Source: an uncultured Gammaproteobacteria bacterium (GTDB taxonomy: Bacteria > Patescibacteriota > Patescibacteriia > Magasanikbacterales > GWA2-37-8). From it: a stretch of 64,000 nucleotides of DNA. This document shows, piece by piece, positions 10,227 to 19,918 of the stretch. A program made the position numbers and the translations under genes. The DNA is taken from the NCBI GenBank assembly GCA_964439885.1, contig CAYTPE010000001.1, positions 9,031 to 73,030 on the forward strand. Reading direction: 5' to 3'. Within the stretch, counting starts at the first letter, position 1, and each line of letters opens with the position of its first letter. The notes under the pieces were generated by a model. It was not told the DNA's origin. It saw only the letters and a list, made by a program, of their open reading frames with translations, and did not search any database.

Positions 10227-11333
10227 ATGTCTGCAATTGCGCGTCCAGCTGACCGTATTTTTTTGAGCTATGTTGGTCTTTTGGTGGTGTTTGGATTGTT
10301 TGCTCTGATGTCGGCTAGCGGGCCTGTGGGTTTTGCTAAATTCGGCGATACCTATTTTTTTGTTAAACGACAAATACTGTTTGGCATTATACCGGGCCTG
10401 ATTTGTTTTGTAGCTCTCGCGAAGATTGATGTGCAGCTGTGGAAGCGGTTCGCTTGGTGGTTGTATGGGCTCACGTTAGGTTTGCTCGTGCTTGGTTTTA
10501 TTCCACATGTCGGTTCGGTAATCAACAATTCACATGGTTGGCTTAACCTCTTCGGCTTCAGTTTTCAGCCGTCGGAGCTGGCTAAAGTAAGTATTATCAT
10601 TTTAATGGCCACACTGCTCACGGAAAAAAAACGAGATTGGGACGACTGGCGTACTGGTCTCATGCCAGTGCTCGGTGCGGTAGCCCCGGCGCTCCTACTC
10701 ATTCTGGCGCAGCCCGATGTGGGAACGGCGTCAATTATTGTGGCAATCATTTTTGCTATGCTCTATGTGGCACGTCTACCGAATGTGTACCTGTTTATTC
10801 TGGGTGGGGTAGGGATAATCTGTTTTGCTCTGCTGATTATCATTGCGCCGTATCGGGCGCAGCGTATTACGGTATTTTTGCATCCCGAAGCTGACCCAAC
10901 CACCATTGGGTATCAGATCAATCAAGCCTTCCTCGCGGTCGGTTCAGGAGGTCTGTGGGGGTTGGGGTATGGCCACTCTCGTCAAAAATTTCAGTATCTA
11001 CCCGAAGTGAGCGCCGACTCTATCTACGCTGTTATTGCCGAAGAAAATGGGTTCATTATTTCCGCTGGTCTTATTATCCTTATCCTGCTACTCGTAGCGA
11101 GGGGCTTACGTATTGCCAAAAATAATCCAGACGAGTATAGTTGCCTTATTGTGAGTGGTATTATGGTGTGGTTTGTGTGCCAATCCTTTCTCAATATCGG
11201 CGCGATGGTGGGGGCACTGCCGCTCACCGGGGTACCACTGCTCTTTATTAGCCACGGCGGCTCAGCTATGATGACGGCTTTGGCGGCAGTTGGCCTCGTG
11301 GCGAATGTGAGTAAAAAGGCGAGGTTGGAGTAA
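10227..11333 (+). CDS. ftsW: SEDS peptidoglycan glycosyltransferase FtsW
   Basis: FQPSELAK, QPDVGT, GYQINQ, GSGGLWG, SRQKFQYLPE, PLTGVPLLFISHGGS. Confidence 0.93.
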   Translation: MSAIARPADRIFLSYVGLLVVFGLFALMSASGPVGFAKFGDTYFFVKRQILFGIIPGLICFVALAKIDVQLWKRFAWWLYGLTLGLLVLGFIPHVGSVINNSHGWLNLFGFSFQPSELAKVSIIILMATLLTEKKRDWDDWRTGLMPVLGAVAPALLLILAQPDVGTASIIVAIIFAMLYVARLPNVYLFILGGVGIICFALLIIIAPYRAQRITVFLHPEADPTTIGYQINQAFLAVGSGGLWGLGYGHSRQKFQYLPEVSADSIYAVIAEENGFIISAGLIILILLLVARGLRIAKNNPDEYSCLIVSGIMVWFVCQSFLNIGAMVGALPLTGVPLLFISHGGSAMMTALAAVGLVANVSKKARLE

Positions 11334-11362
11334 TGGTTAAATTGCTAAATTGTTATATTATT

Positions 11363-11842
11363 ATGGAGATTAGGGAATATTCACGAAGAGATCTGGCCGA
11401 TGTACTTCAGATTACTCGCTTAGCATGGAAACCCATTTACGCTTCGTTTAAAAAGCTCATGGGGAATAAAAATTTCTTTGCTTTTTATCCTGATTGGGAA
11501 AAGTACAAAGTAAACCAGATGAAAAATTTTTTAAATGACTCCTCAATAGGAAAATGTGTGGCTGTAGTTGACGAAAAAGTTGTGGGCTTCGTAGTATATG
11601 AAGTCGATGAGAAAAAACAAGTTGCAGAAATTCACAACAATGCAGTAAATCCAGCATACCAGGGAAATGGTATTGGGCCACGTCTGTACAAATACGTATT
11701 TAAAAAAATGAAGGAATCAGGAGTAAAGAGTGTCGTAGTGCGTACAGGAGGCGACGCATCCCATGCTCAAGCGCGCCGAGCGTACGCAAAGGCTGGTTTT
11801 AATCACGAACTTCCAACAGTTAAACTGTACCGTACATTGTAG
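11363..11842 (+). CDS. GNAT N-acetyltransferase
   Basis: AVNPAYQGNGIG acetyl-CoA motif, ARRAYAKAGF; the first 10 codons of the longer ORF are a microrepeat arm. Confidence 0.88.
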   Translation: MEIREYSRRDLADVLQITRLAWKPIYASFKKLMGNKNFFAFYPDWEKYKVNQMKNFLNDSSIGKCVAVVDEKVVGFVVYEVDEKKQVAEIHNNAVNPAYQGNGIGPRLYKYVFKKMKESGVKSVVVRTGGDASHAQARRAYAKAGFNHELPTVKLYRTL

Positions 11843-11861
11843 TTTTTAAATTAAGATAACT

Positions 11862-12917
11862 ATGCGTTTACTTGTCTGCGGCGGGGCTGGGTTTATTGGC
11901 AGCAATTTTATCCGGCACATGCTCGCCACTCATCCGAATTACACCATCGTCAACTACGACAAACTGACGTACGCTGGCAACCTAGATAATCTCAAGGATG
12001 TTGCTGACAACAAAAATTATACTTTTGTTCAAGGTGATATTATCGATCTTGAAACGCTCAGTAACGTAATCCAAGAATATAAAATCACGCACGTTATCAA
12101 TTTCGCCGCGGAAACGCACGTTGATCGCAGTATCCACGGCGGTGCCAAAGAATTCGTACTCACGAACACCTTGGGCGTGCAGATGATTCTTGATGCGGTA
12201 CGTCACAATAATGTTGAGCGCTTTGTCAACGTTTCAACCGACGAAGTGTACGGCGCCCTCAGCCTTGACGATCCGCATAAATTTACCGAGCATACGCCCA
12301 TCTGGCCCAATATGCCGTACGCGGCCGCTAAAGCCGGCGGCGACCTGATGTGCAACGCGTATTGGGTAACGCACAAGGTGCCTGTTATTGTAACACATTG
12401 TAGCAACAATTATGGTCCATACCAGTTTCCAGAGAAGGTAATCCCATTTTTTGTTTTTAAACTGCTCAAAGGCGAAAAGGTTCCCGTGTATGGCGATGGG
12501 CTTAATATTCGCGACTGGATTCATGTACTGGATCACGCCCGCGCGCTCGATTTACTTCTTCACAAAGGAGAAGTCGGCCAGGTATACAACATCGGAGTAG
12601 ATAACGAGCGCTCAAACCTCGAACTGACTAAAATGATTCTAAGCATTTTAGGCAAAGGCGAAGAGATGATCGAGTATGTTACCGACCGTCCAGGTCATGA
12701 TCGCCGCTACGCGATTGACGAGAGTAAAATCAAAGCGCTTGGCTGGCAGCCCGAGTATACACGTGCTGAATTCGAGCGAGGATTGCGCGAAACCGTGGAA
12801 TGGTACAAAAATAATTCCGAGTGGGTAGAAAATTTATGGAAAAAGAAAAAAGATGAGATGAATAAGTTTCAAGAAGCGCTGGAAAGATCAAGCGATAAAA
12901 TGAAATCATCGACTTAA
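11862..12917 (+). CDS. rfbB: dTDP-glucose 4,6-dehydratase
   Basis: GGAGFIGSNF, DKLTYAGN, AAETHVDRSI, STDEVYG, YAAAK, SNNYGPYQFPEK, DRPGHDRRY. Confidence 0.96.
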   Translation: MRLLVCGGAGFIGSNFIRHMLATHPNYTIVNYDKLTYAGNLDNLKDVADNKNYTFVQGDIIDLETLSNVIQEYKITHVINFAAETHVDRSIHGGAKEFVLTNTLGVQMILDAVRHNNVERFVNVSTDEVYGALSLDDPHKFTEHTPIWPNMPYAAAKAGGDLMCNAYWVTHKVPVIVTHCSNNYGPYQFPEKVIPFFVFKLLKGEKVPVYGDGLNIRDWIHVLDHARALDLLLHKGEVGQVYNIGVDNERSNLELTKMILSILGKGEEMIEYVTDRPGHDRRYAIDESKIKALGWQPEYTRAEFERGLRETVEWYKNNSEWVENLWKKKKDEMNKFQEALERSSDKMKSST

Positions 12918-13011
12918 GTTGCGCAGAGTATCTGGTATATAGTATTTTGTATTGAGGCACTTACCATATGCCATATACCAAATACCAAATACTTAATACA
13001 AAATTCTTTCT

Positions 13012-13431
13012 ATGTCTCCATTCAAACAATTCACCCTCAAAACATTCACTTCAAAAGGCTATTCACTCACCCCGGTGGAGTTTAAAGATATTGCGCCGTT
13101 CGAAGTGAAGCGCATGTATTACCTTACCAATTTTGAAGCCGCCGCGCACACGGGCGAGCACTGTCACTACGTAGAACAAGAGGTTTTCATTGTTGCCAAG
13201 GGGTCAGTCACCGCCATAATCGATAGAGGGCAGGGTAAAGAGGAAATAACGCTTACCACTCCCGGCGAAGCTTTTTATGCTCCCGCCTACAGCTGGCACG
13301 GGTTTAAGGACGCATCGAACGATTGTGTTCTTATCGCTCTCACATCTACCAACTATAGTGCCGATCGCAGCGATTATTTGGAAGATTATGAAAAATACTT
13401 GACACTCAGAGATGAACACCTGAGTAAATGA
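13012..13431 (+). CDS. FdtA/QdtA (WxcM-like) cupin, sugar 3,4-ketoisomerase family
   Basis: PFEVKRMYY, GEHCH, WH, C-terminal DYLEDYEKY. Confidence 0.8.
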   Translation: MSPFKQFTLKTFTSKGYSLTPVEFKDIAPFEVKRMYYLTNFEAAAHTGEHCHYVEQEVFIVAKGSVTAIIDRGQGKEEITLTTPGEAFYAPAYSWHGFKDASNDCVLIALTSTNYSADRSDYLEDYEKYLTLRDEHLSK

Positions 13432-13527
13432 CTAATGACAAATGTCTAATTTCAAATAAAATGTCCAAGTTAAAATTTGAGCATTTGTATTAGATATTAG
13501 AAATTCGATATTAGATATTCAAGTTAT

Positions 13528-14379
13528 ATGCGTGTTGTTATCATTGGTTCCAAAGGCATGCTCGGTACCGCTCTCGTGGAGCGGTTTTCTCACAAACATG
13601 AAGTAGTAGGTCTTGACCGACCCGAAATCGACATTACGGACGAAGCGTCGACTCAAACCAAGCTTGAAACGCTTGCTCCCGAGGTACTTATCAACTGCGC
13701 GGCAATCAATGCCGTCGATGATATCGAATCCAAAAACGATGTGTTTGAACTGGCTTGGAAAGTAAACGCCAAGGCGGTGGAAACACTCGCCCTGGTAGCA
13801 AAAACGCTGAACATTCCCCTTGTGCATTTTTCTTCCGATTATGTGTTTGATGGTACAAATGACGAGGGTTACGTGGAAGATTTTTCACCCAAGCCAATCA
13901 GTAAATACGGCGAGACGAAATTTGAAGGCGAGAGACTCTTAGAAAGCGTTACGAGCAAGTATTATCTCATCCGACTGTCCCGGTTGTTTGGAAGACCAGG
14001 AATAGGGGAAGGGATGAAAAAAAGTTTTGTGGATAAAATGCTTGAAATTGCCGAAGCAGGAAAGGAACTCAAAGTGGTCGATGCCGAAGTAGGATCGCCC
14101 ACCTATAGCGTTGATTTGGCGGATTTCGTTTACAAGCTTCTCGAAAAGCAGTTACCGTATGGTGTATACCATGGCGCCAATAGCGGCGCGTGCACATGGT
14201 ACGAGTGGGCAGGCGAAATTTTTCGCTTAAAGAATATGCCGGTCAGCGTTGAGCGAATTGACCCAGCTGGTTTGATCCGCCCCGCCAAACGCCCAGCGTA
14301 CTCGGAACTTATCAATACCAAAACAGAGCCGCCGCGCAGCTGGCAGGAGGCACTTAACGACTATATTAGTAGTTTATAA
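13528..14379 (+). CDS. rfbD: dTDP-4-dehydrorhamnose reductase
   Basis: GSKGMLG, SSDYVFDG, YGETK, GSPTY, RPAKRPAYSEL. Confidence 0.95.
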   Translation: MRVVIIGSKGMLGTALVERFSHKHEVVGLDRPEIDITDEASTQTKLETLAPEVLINCAAINAVDDIESKNDVFELAWKVNAKAVETLALVAKTLNIPLVHFSSDYVFDGTNDEGYVEDFSPKPISKYGETKFEGERLLESVTSKYYLIRLSRLFGRPGIGEGMKKSFVDKMLEIAEAGKELKVVDAEVGSPTYSVDLADFVYKLLEKQLPYGVYHGANSGACTWYEWAGEIFRLKNMPVSVERIDPAGLIRPAKRPAYSELINTKTEPPRSWQEALNDYISSL

Positions 14380-14390
14380 ATATTCTACGT

Positions 14391-15344
14391 ATGTCAATCG
14401 ACCATCCACCAGTTGGAACTAATCCAGAGAAAAGTAAAGAAAAAGAGGCAGCAACCAAAGCCCTCGTTGAAACGATTGTTTCACTTAAACAACTTGCAAC
14501 CGAATGGGAGGATTACTTCGACCGCGCGATGGTTCCTGACCCAACGTTGCTGCCGCTCAGAAATGAGACGAGAAATTATCAACGCATATACGATCGTGCG
14601 ACAGGGGAGGCCGGAACGAATGAAAAACCAGAAGATAATGTTTTTGGTAGGCTAGCGGATATATTGGATTTGGAAAAAGCTGCACAAATTGCCGAAAATA
14701 CCGCCGCCCATCAAAATGTGATTGGCCCTATTACCCAAGGTTTCGAGCGGAATGAACATCTTGTCACTTTGCTCAGATCAATAAATAGCACAGGCGGCGA
14801 AAGAATTTTTGCTGGTGATCCACTTGCCATAGCACAGCATCTGCGATATTTAAGCGATAGGTTGATGCAAAAAATAAGAGTGCGCGCGGAATTGTCTGGA
14901 GCCAACGCATCTCTTATGCAGCTTATTGATGAGGGCTCTCGGCAACTACGGAGCACTCACAAGCTGGCAGGTAGCGAGCCGCGTGTACAGGAGCTAATAG
15001 CGATTGCCGAAAATTTAGAAAGAAATGTAGCTGCTTTCAAAGAAAACGTCGTCGTTCCAGACGAAAAGAAATTTATTCCACGAAAAGAAACATATAATTT
15101 TTTTAGTGTTAAGGATGGTAATGAAGCTCAGGCTTTTCCGTTTTCAGAACCTGCTTTTGGCGATAGCGAAGGTATGATGCCGCGGCAACTCACCGTTTCG
15201 AAACGCCAGGTAGGAGACACATTCAAATATGAAGGTCGAGAATGGAAAGTGACACAGAACGAACTTGTAGACGGCTCTTTAGTAACATCACGTAAATATA
15301 CCTTTGAGGCTGTTCCGTTGACTGAAGACCCGATTTACGGCTAG
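14391..15344 (+). CDS. Hypothetical protein
   Basis: 317-aa ORF that fits between neighbours; no recognisable motif. Confidence 0.7.
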   Translation: MSIDHPPVGTNPEKSKEKEAATKALVETIVSLKQLATEWEDYFDRAMVPDPTLLPLRNETRNYQRIYDRATGEAGTNEKPEDNVFGRLADILDLEKAAQIAENTAAHQNVIGPITQGFERNEHLVTLLRSINSTGGERIFAGDPLAIAQHLRYLSDRLMQKIRVRAELSGANASLMQLIDEGSRQLRSTHKLAGSEPRVQELIAIAENLERNVAAFKENVVVPDEKKFIPRKETYNFFSVKDGNEAQAFPFSEPAFGDSEGMMPRQLTVSKRQVGDTFKYEGREWKVTQNELVDGSLVTSRKYTFEAVPLTEDPIYG

Positions 15345-15429
15345 TCATCAAACGGAGAATGCCTTAAAGAAGCGTTTTGCTTAGTGCTTACCCTAACTTG
15401 ACAAACACCCTCTCAACATACTACCGTAC

Positions 15430-15460
15430 AAAAAAGAGCCCTGTGTAGAAGCTCTTTTTT
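15430..15460 (+). terminator. Probable intrinsic terminator
   Basis: AAAAAGAGC-loop-GCTCTTTTTT. Confidence 0.55.
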
Positions 15461-15520
15461 GATAGCTTTGGAATAAATAAGGTAAAATAACGCTGAGATA
15501 AGGCAAAAGATGGGAGGGGA

Positions 15521-15549
15521 TTGACAAAACCGGCAAAAAGGTGTATACT
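15521..15549 (+). promoter_or_regulatory. Sigma70 promoter for the GT4-RmlD fusion gene
   Basis: TTGACA-17 nt-TATACT, 28 nt before the ATG. Confidence 0.8.
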
Positions 15550-15577
15550 TACCTGTTTTATTCAATAAACGGCAATT

Positions 15578-17713
15578 ATGCAACCAATCGCCATACATGA
15601 GCCAAAAAACGGTTACCGCGTCGCCATTCTCGGCCATCGAGGCATTCCGAGCACCTATGGCGGCTTTGAGACCTTTGCCGAAAAGATTACCGAGGCATTG
15701 GTTGGTTTGGGTTGCAAAGTAGCTGTGTATTGCCGCAAAAATTACTTCAAAGAGCGCCCGGCAGAATACAAAGGGGCACGTTTGGTGTACCTGTCCACGG
15801 TTACCAACAAAATGCTCGACACGTTTGTGCATACCTTCATCAGTGTCTTGCATGTAATCTTTAAGAACACGGCCGATACCATCATCGTGGTAAATGTAGG
15901 CAACGCGCCATTTGCGCTGCTTGCTAAACTGTTTGGTAAGAAAGTTATTTTCTGTGTAGACGGACTTGATTGGGAGCGCAAAAAATGGGGTGCATTTGCC
16001 AAATGGTATCTGCGCACTTGTTCGTATTTCGCCAAATGGGCAGCGCATGAAGTAGTGACCGATGCCGGCAGTGTGCAAGAATTTTATCTCAAAGAGCGCG
16101 GCACCAAGAGCCACATGATTCCCTATGGCACCGACATTGAATCCGGCAATTCGGACCCGAACGTACTCAAAGAAATCGGGGTCGAATCCAAAAAATACTT
16201 CATCTACGTGGCTCGCTTCGAACCGGAGAATAATCCGCTCATGGTGGTGAAGGCGCATGTGGCGTCGGGCAGCACGTTGCCCCTGGTGATGATCGGCGAC
16301 AACCGCTACAACCAAGCGTTTGTGGATGAAATTAAACGCGCCGCGAACGACAAAGTTATCTTCCTCGGTTATGTCTTTGGTACTACGTACAAAACATTAC
16401 TGCGTGAATCTCTCGCGTATATTCGCGCGGCGGAAGTCGGCGGTATTTCTCCAGCCGTGATCGAAGCCATGGGCCGCGGCGTGTGCGTTATCGCCAACGA
16501 CAAGCCAGAGAATCGCGAGCCACTCGCGGAAAGCGGTGTCTTTTACCAATTGAATGAAGCATCGCTCACTGAAGCCATCACCACTCTTACCGCTCACCCG
16601 GAGAAAGCGATCGAACTCGGCAAAAAAGCCGCTCAACGTGCGATGATTGTGTACAGTTGGGACACGATTGGTTTTGAATACTTTAAACTCATCAAACACA
16701 ACATGCACAGCGTGCGCGCAAACAATCAAGAGATTGATACACTGACACCAGCGAACGCGAATGCCGGTAAAAAGAAGATTTTGCTAACTGGTGCGGGCGG
16801 TATGCTCGGACGAGCCATGTACGAACACTATGCTCGCACGTATAACGTGCTTGCTACTAATCGAACCGCCTACGAAAGTTGGATGCGTCCGCTCGACGTT
16901 ACCAATTATGCCGAATACGAAAAAATGGTGGCTGAATTTAAACCCGACTATATTTTTCATCTGGCAGCCATGACGAACTTGGAAGAATGTGAGAAACATT
17001 TGGCCGATGCCTACACGCTTAACACGTTGTCGGTAAAACACGCCGCCCAACTCTCCACGAAATACGGAGCAAAATTGGTGTATGTGAGCACCAGCGGTGT
17101 GTTCGACGGCCATCAGACCTTTTACACCGAACGCGACGAAGCACACCCCACTACCGTCTACGGCCTCACGAAACAGATGGGCGCGCTCATGGTAGAGTAC
17201 TACGCTACCGATTGGCTCATTGTACGTCCGTCGTGGCTGATGGGTGGTGGCGCGCATCATGATAAGAAATTCGTGGGTAAAGTGATCGAGCAGATCGTAT
17301 CCGGTAAACGCGAACTGTTCGCTTTGAACGATACATTCGGCACGCTGACCTACGCTCTCGACGTGGCTATAACCCTCGAAAAATTACTCGCGCGTAATGC
17401 GACGGGGCTCTACAACATGGCTGGTATTGGTCGCGCCAGTCGTTACGATATCGCTCGCGAAATAGTGCATATCTTAGGCTATCAGCGTGAAATTATCGTG
17501 AACGCGGTAGACAATACCTTCTTCAAAACGACGTATACGACACCACGCGTCGCTTCCGAATGTTTGGTGAACGAACGATTGAATCAAGAGTCAGCCAACA
17601 CCATGCGCCCATGGCAGGTAGCGTTGCGCGATTATCTGGAGCGAGACTACGCGCACGCGTTCAACCATACTACAGCTTCAGAGCACAGTGGTTTGGTAGT
17701 CAAACCAGCTTAA
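15578..17713 (+). CDS. Fusion of a GT4 glycosyltransferase (DUF1972-type) and an RmlD-like SDR reductase
   Basis: N-terminal GHRGIPSTYGGFETF, DGLDWERKKWG, ARFEPENN, IEAMG; C-terminal TGAGGMLG, STSGVFDG, YGLTK. Confidence 0.88.
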   Translation: MQPIAIHEPKNGYRVAILGHRGIPSTYGGFETFAEKITEALVGLGCKVAVYCRKNYFKERPAEYKGARLVYLSTVTNKMLDTFVHTFISVLHVIFKNTADTIIVVNVGNAPFALLAKLFGKKVIFCVDGLDWERKKWGAFAKWYLRTCSYFAKWAAHEVVTDAGSVQEFYLKERGTKSHMIPYGTDIESGNSDPNVLKEIGVESKKYFIYVARFEPENNPLMVVKAHVASGSTLPLVMIGDNRYNQAFVDEIKRAANDKVIFLGYVFGTTYKTLLRESLAYIRAAEVGGISPAVIEAMGRGVCVIANDKPENREPLAESGVFYQLNEASLTEAITTLTAHPEKAIELGKKAAQRAMIVYSWDTIGFEYFKLIKHNMHSVRANNQEIDTLTPANANAGKKKILLTGAGGMLGRAMYEHYARTYNVLATNRTAYESWMRPLDVTNYAEYEKMVAEFKPDYIFHLAAMTNLEECEKHLADAYTLNTLSVKHAAQLSTKYGAKLVYVSTSGVFDGHQTFYTERDEAHPTTVYGLTKQMGALMVEYYATDWLIVRPSWLMGGGAHHDKKFVGKVIEQIVSGKRELFALNDTFGTLTYALDVAITLEKLLARNATGLYNMAGIGRASRYDIAREIVHILGYQREIIVNAVDNTFFKTTYTTPRVASECLVNERLNQESANTMRPWQVALRDYLERDYAHAFNHTTASEHSGLVVKPA

Positions 17714-17758
17714 CACAATGTATATTACTTACTTTCACAGACACCCACCAGGGTGTCT

Positions 17759-17787
17759 TTGACGTGTCGAATTATTTTCGCTACTAT
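17759..17787 (+). promoter_or_regulatory. Sigma70 promoter giving a nearly leaderless transcript
   Basis: TTGACG-17 nt-TACTAT, 9 nt before ATG 17797. Confidence 0.6.
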
Positions 17788-17796
17788 AGGTGCACT

Positions 17797-18540
17797 ATGA
17801 TTACTATTACTACCACCATCCATGACCCCGATGCTGGGCTTAAGTGGCTCAGCGAACTGCACGTTGCGTCACTTCTGAAGGTATGCGACTCGCTTATCGT
17901 GGTCGCCACGCCAGCTACCAACCCTCAGTACCTTGACCGACTTACTGCGCAGGGGTGCACTGTATTTCGAGCTAGCAAAAATATTCCTGGCCGCGTGTAC
18001 TACGAAGCGGTACGCCGAGGATATGAGACCGGCGCCGAACGTATCATGTACTGTGATTTTGATCGACTCTTGCATTGGGTTCACACATTTCCGGACGACC
18101 TCAAACGGATGCCGCGCCGTTTGAGTGGCGATATGACATTTGTGGAAAGATTGCCCGAAGACTATAAGGCACATCATGAAGCCCTGTACGAAACCGAGCA
18201 GCTTGCTAACAAAGTACTTTCGTATCGACTTGGTAAAAAAGAATGTCACGACCACCTCAGCGGATGTTTTCTCCTCTCACGTCGCGCCGCGAAAATTGTC
18301 GTGCGCTACCCAACAGACGGGTATCAATTTTATGGATGGTGGCCTATGAAAGTGCGCGCGGCAAAACTCAAAGTATCGTACCGCTCAAGCCCCGGCCTTG
18401 CCTGGGAAACGCCGGATCGGTTTCAGAAGGAAATTGCCAAAGCCGGAGGACTCGCACCGTGGCGCGAACAGCTTTCGTCCAAAGAAGAATGGAAGAAGCG
18501 CGTTATCATGGCGCGTGAATTTGTGGAAAAATGTTTGTAA
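17797..18540 (+). CDS. Hypothetical protein, possibly GT-A fold
   Basis: YCDFDR contains a DxD motif; GLAWETPD motif; start set at ATG 17797. Confidence 0.6.
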   Translation: MITITTTIHDPDAGLKWLSELHVASLLKVCDSLIVVATPATNPQYLDRLTAQGCTVFRASKNIPGRVYYEAVRRGYETGAERIMYCDFDRLLHWVHTFPDDLKRMPRRLSGDMTFVERLPEDYKAHHEALYETEQLANKVLSYRLGKKECHDHLSGCFLLSRRAAKIVVRYPTDGYQFYGWWPMKVRAAKLKVSYRSSPGLAWETPDRFQKEIAKAGGLAPWREQLSSKEEWKKRVIMAREFVEKCL

Positions 18541-18543
18541 CCT

Positions 18544-19494
18544 ATGCGCAGTGAACTCCCTTCACTTTTTATTGAACGCCTGCACGACATGTACGGCGCC
18601 GCGCTTGTTGCTCAGATAGAAAAAACGTTTGCTGAGCGACCCACGACCTTTCGGGTTAATACGATCAAAACAAACCGAAAGAATGTGATGAACGAATTGG
18701 AGCGCCTTGGGTTCAAAACACAGCCGGTTGCGTGGTATGCCGATGCGTTTATATTGAAAAATAAAAGCAAACGTGAACTCACCGAAACAGCCCTATACGA
18801 AAATGGTCACATCTATATCCAAAGTTTGGCCAGCATGGTGCCCCCACTCGTGCTTGCTCCCATGCCAGGAGAAGTCGTGCTCGACCTCACCGCCGCTCCC
18901 GGAAGCAAGACCTCACAAATGGCTGCGATGATGGAAAAAACGGGAGAGCTTGTTGCTAATGACAATAACAAGATTCGGTTTTTTAAATTGAAACACAATA
19001 TGGAGGTGCTGGGGGTGGTGGGAGAGTCTGCGTGGCGCTTCTCTCTTCACATGCAGCACGGTGCCGCGCTGGTAAAAAAATACAAAAATTATTTTGATAA
19101 AATTTTGCTTGACGCGCCCTGTAGCGCGGAAGCCAGGTTTATTGCCGGCGACAGTACCACCTATGGCTATTGGAGCGAACGAAAAATAAAAGAAATGGCG
19201 TATAAGCAACGTCAACTTCTTTTGAGTGTGTGGGGCGCTCTGAAGCCTGGCGGCACACTGGTGTATTCCACCTGCACCCTTGCCCCCGAAGAGAATGAAG
19301 TGCAAATAGAGCGATTGCTTGAACGATACAAAGACGTCGAGTTGATGGATGTGTCACTCGGTAATCTCAGACGTTTGCCAACAGTGACGAAGTGGGGGAA
19401 TAGTACCTTTTCTGATGGTTTAAAAAAATGCGTACGCATCTTGCCCACCGACCTTATCGAAGGCTTTTTTGTGGCCAAACTAAGGAAAAAATAA
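18544..19494 (+). CDS. RsmB/RsmF (NOL1/NOP2) RNA m5C methyltransferase
   Basis: YIQSLASM, LDLTAAPGSKT, ILLDAPCS, LVYSTCTLAPEENE, EGFFVAKL. Confidence 0.93.
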   Translation: MRSELPSLFIERLHDMYGAALVAQIEKTFAERPTTFRVNTIKTNRKNVMNELERLGFKTQPVAWYADAFILKNKSKRELTETALYENGHIYIQSLASMVPPLVLAPMPGEVVLDLTAAPGSKTSQMAAMMEKTGELVANDNNKIRFFKLKHNMEVLGVVGESAWRFSLHMQHGAALVKKYKNYFDKILLDAPCSAEARFIAGDSTTYGYWSERKIKEMAYKQRQLLLSVWGALKPGGTLVYSTCTLAPEENEVQIERLLERYKDVELMDVSLGNLRRLPTVTKWGNSTFSDGLKKCVRILPTDLIEGFFVAKLRKK

Positions 19495-19562
19495 CTGTTT
19501 ACAAAGGAGCGTGCAGTTGCTATCATACCAATGCCGTTCGAGGCATTGTTTTTGTATAGTAT

Positions 19563-19916
19563 ATGGATATCTATTACGCTGAAGAGCGCCCGTGGGGAAC
19601 GTTCAAAATACTGTACGAAACCCCGGACATGAAGGTGAAAGAGTTGGTTGTTAAACCAGGCTGTCGTTTGAGTTATCAAGTACACAGCAAACGTCACGAG
19701 CACTGGTTCGTAACGCGCGGCACGGCTACTATCACACTCAATGATCACATCAGCGAGCTCGCTTCAGGCGCGAGCGTTGATGTCCCCGCCGAAACCAAAC
19801 ATCGGATCGCGAACTTATCGGGCGAAGAGGTGGTGATTGTGGAAATTCAAACGGGAACCTATTTTGGCGAAGACGATATTGTGAGGATTTCAGACGATTA
19901 CAATCGCGCATTTTAA
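19563..19916 (+). CDS. Phosphomannose isomerase type II C-terminal cupin
   Basis: ERPWG, RLSYQVHSKRHEHW, EIQTGTYFGEDDIVR. Confidence 0.93.
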   Translation: MDIYYAEERPWGTFKILYETPDMKVKELVVKPGCRLSYQVHSKRHEHWFVTRGTATITLNDHISELASGASVDVPAETKHRIANLSGEEVVIVEIQTGTYFGEDDIVRISDDYNRAF

Positions 19917-19918
19917 CT

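Noticed and set aside
15413-16315. 300-aa minus-strand ORF and similar antisense ORFs (e.g. 43531-44232, 56730-57398)
   Set aside because: They overlap well-supported plus-strand genes and lack motifs
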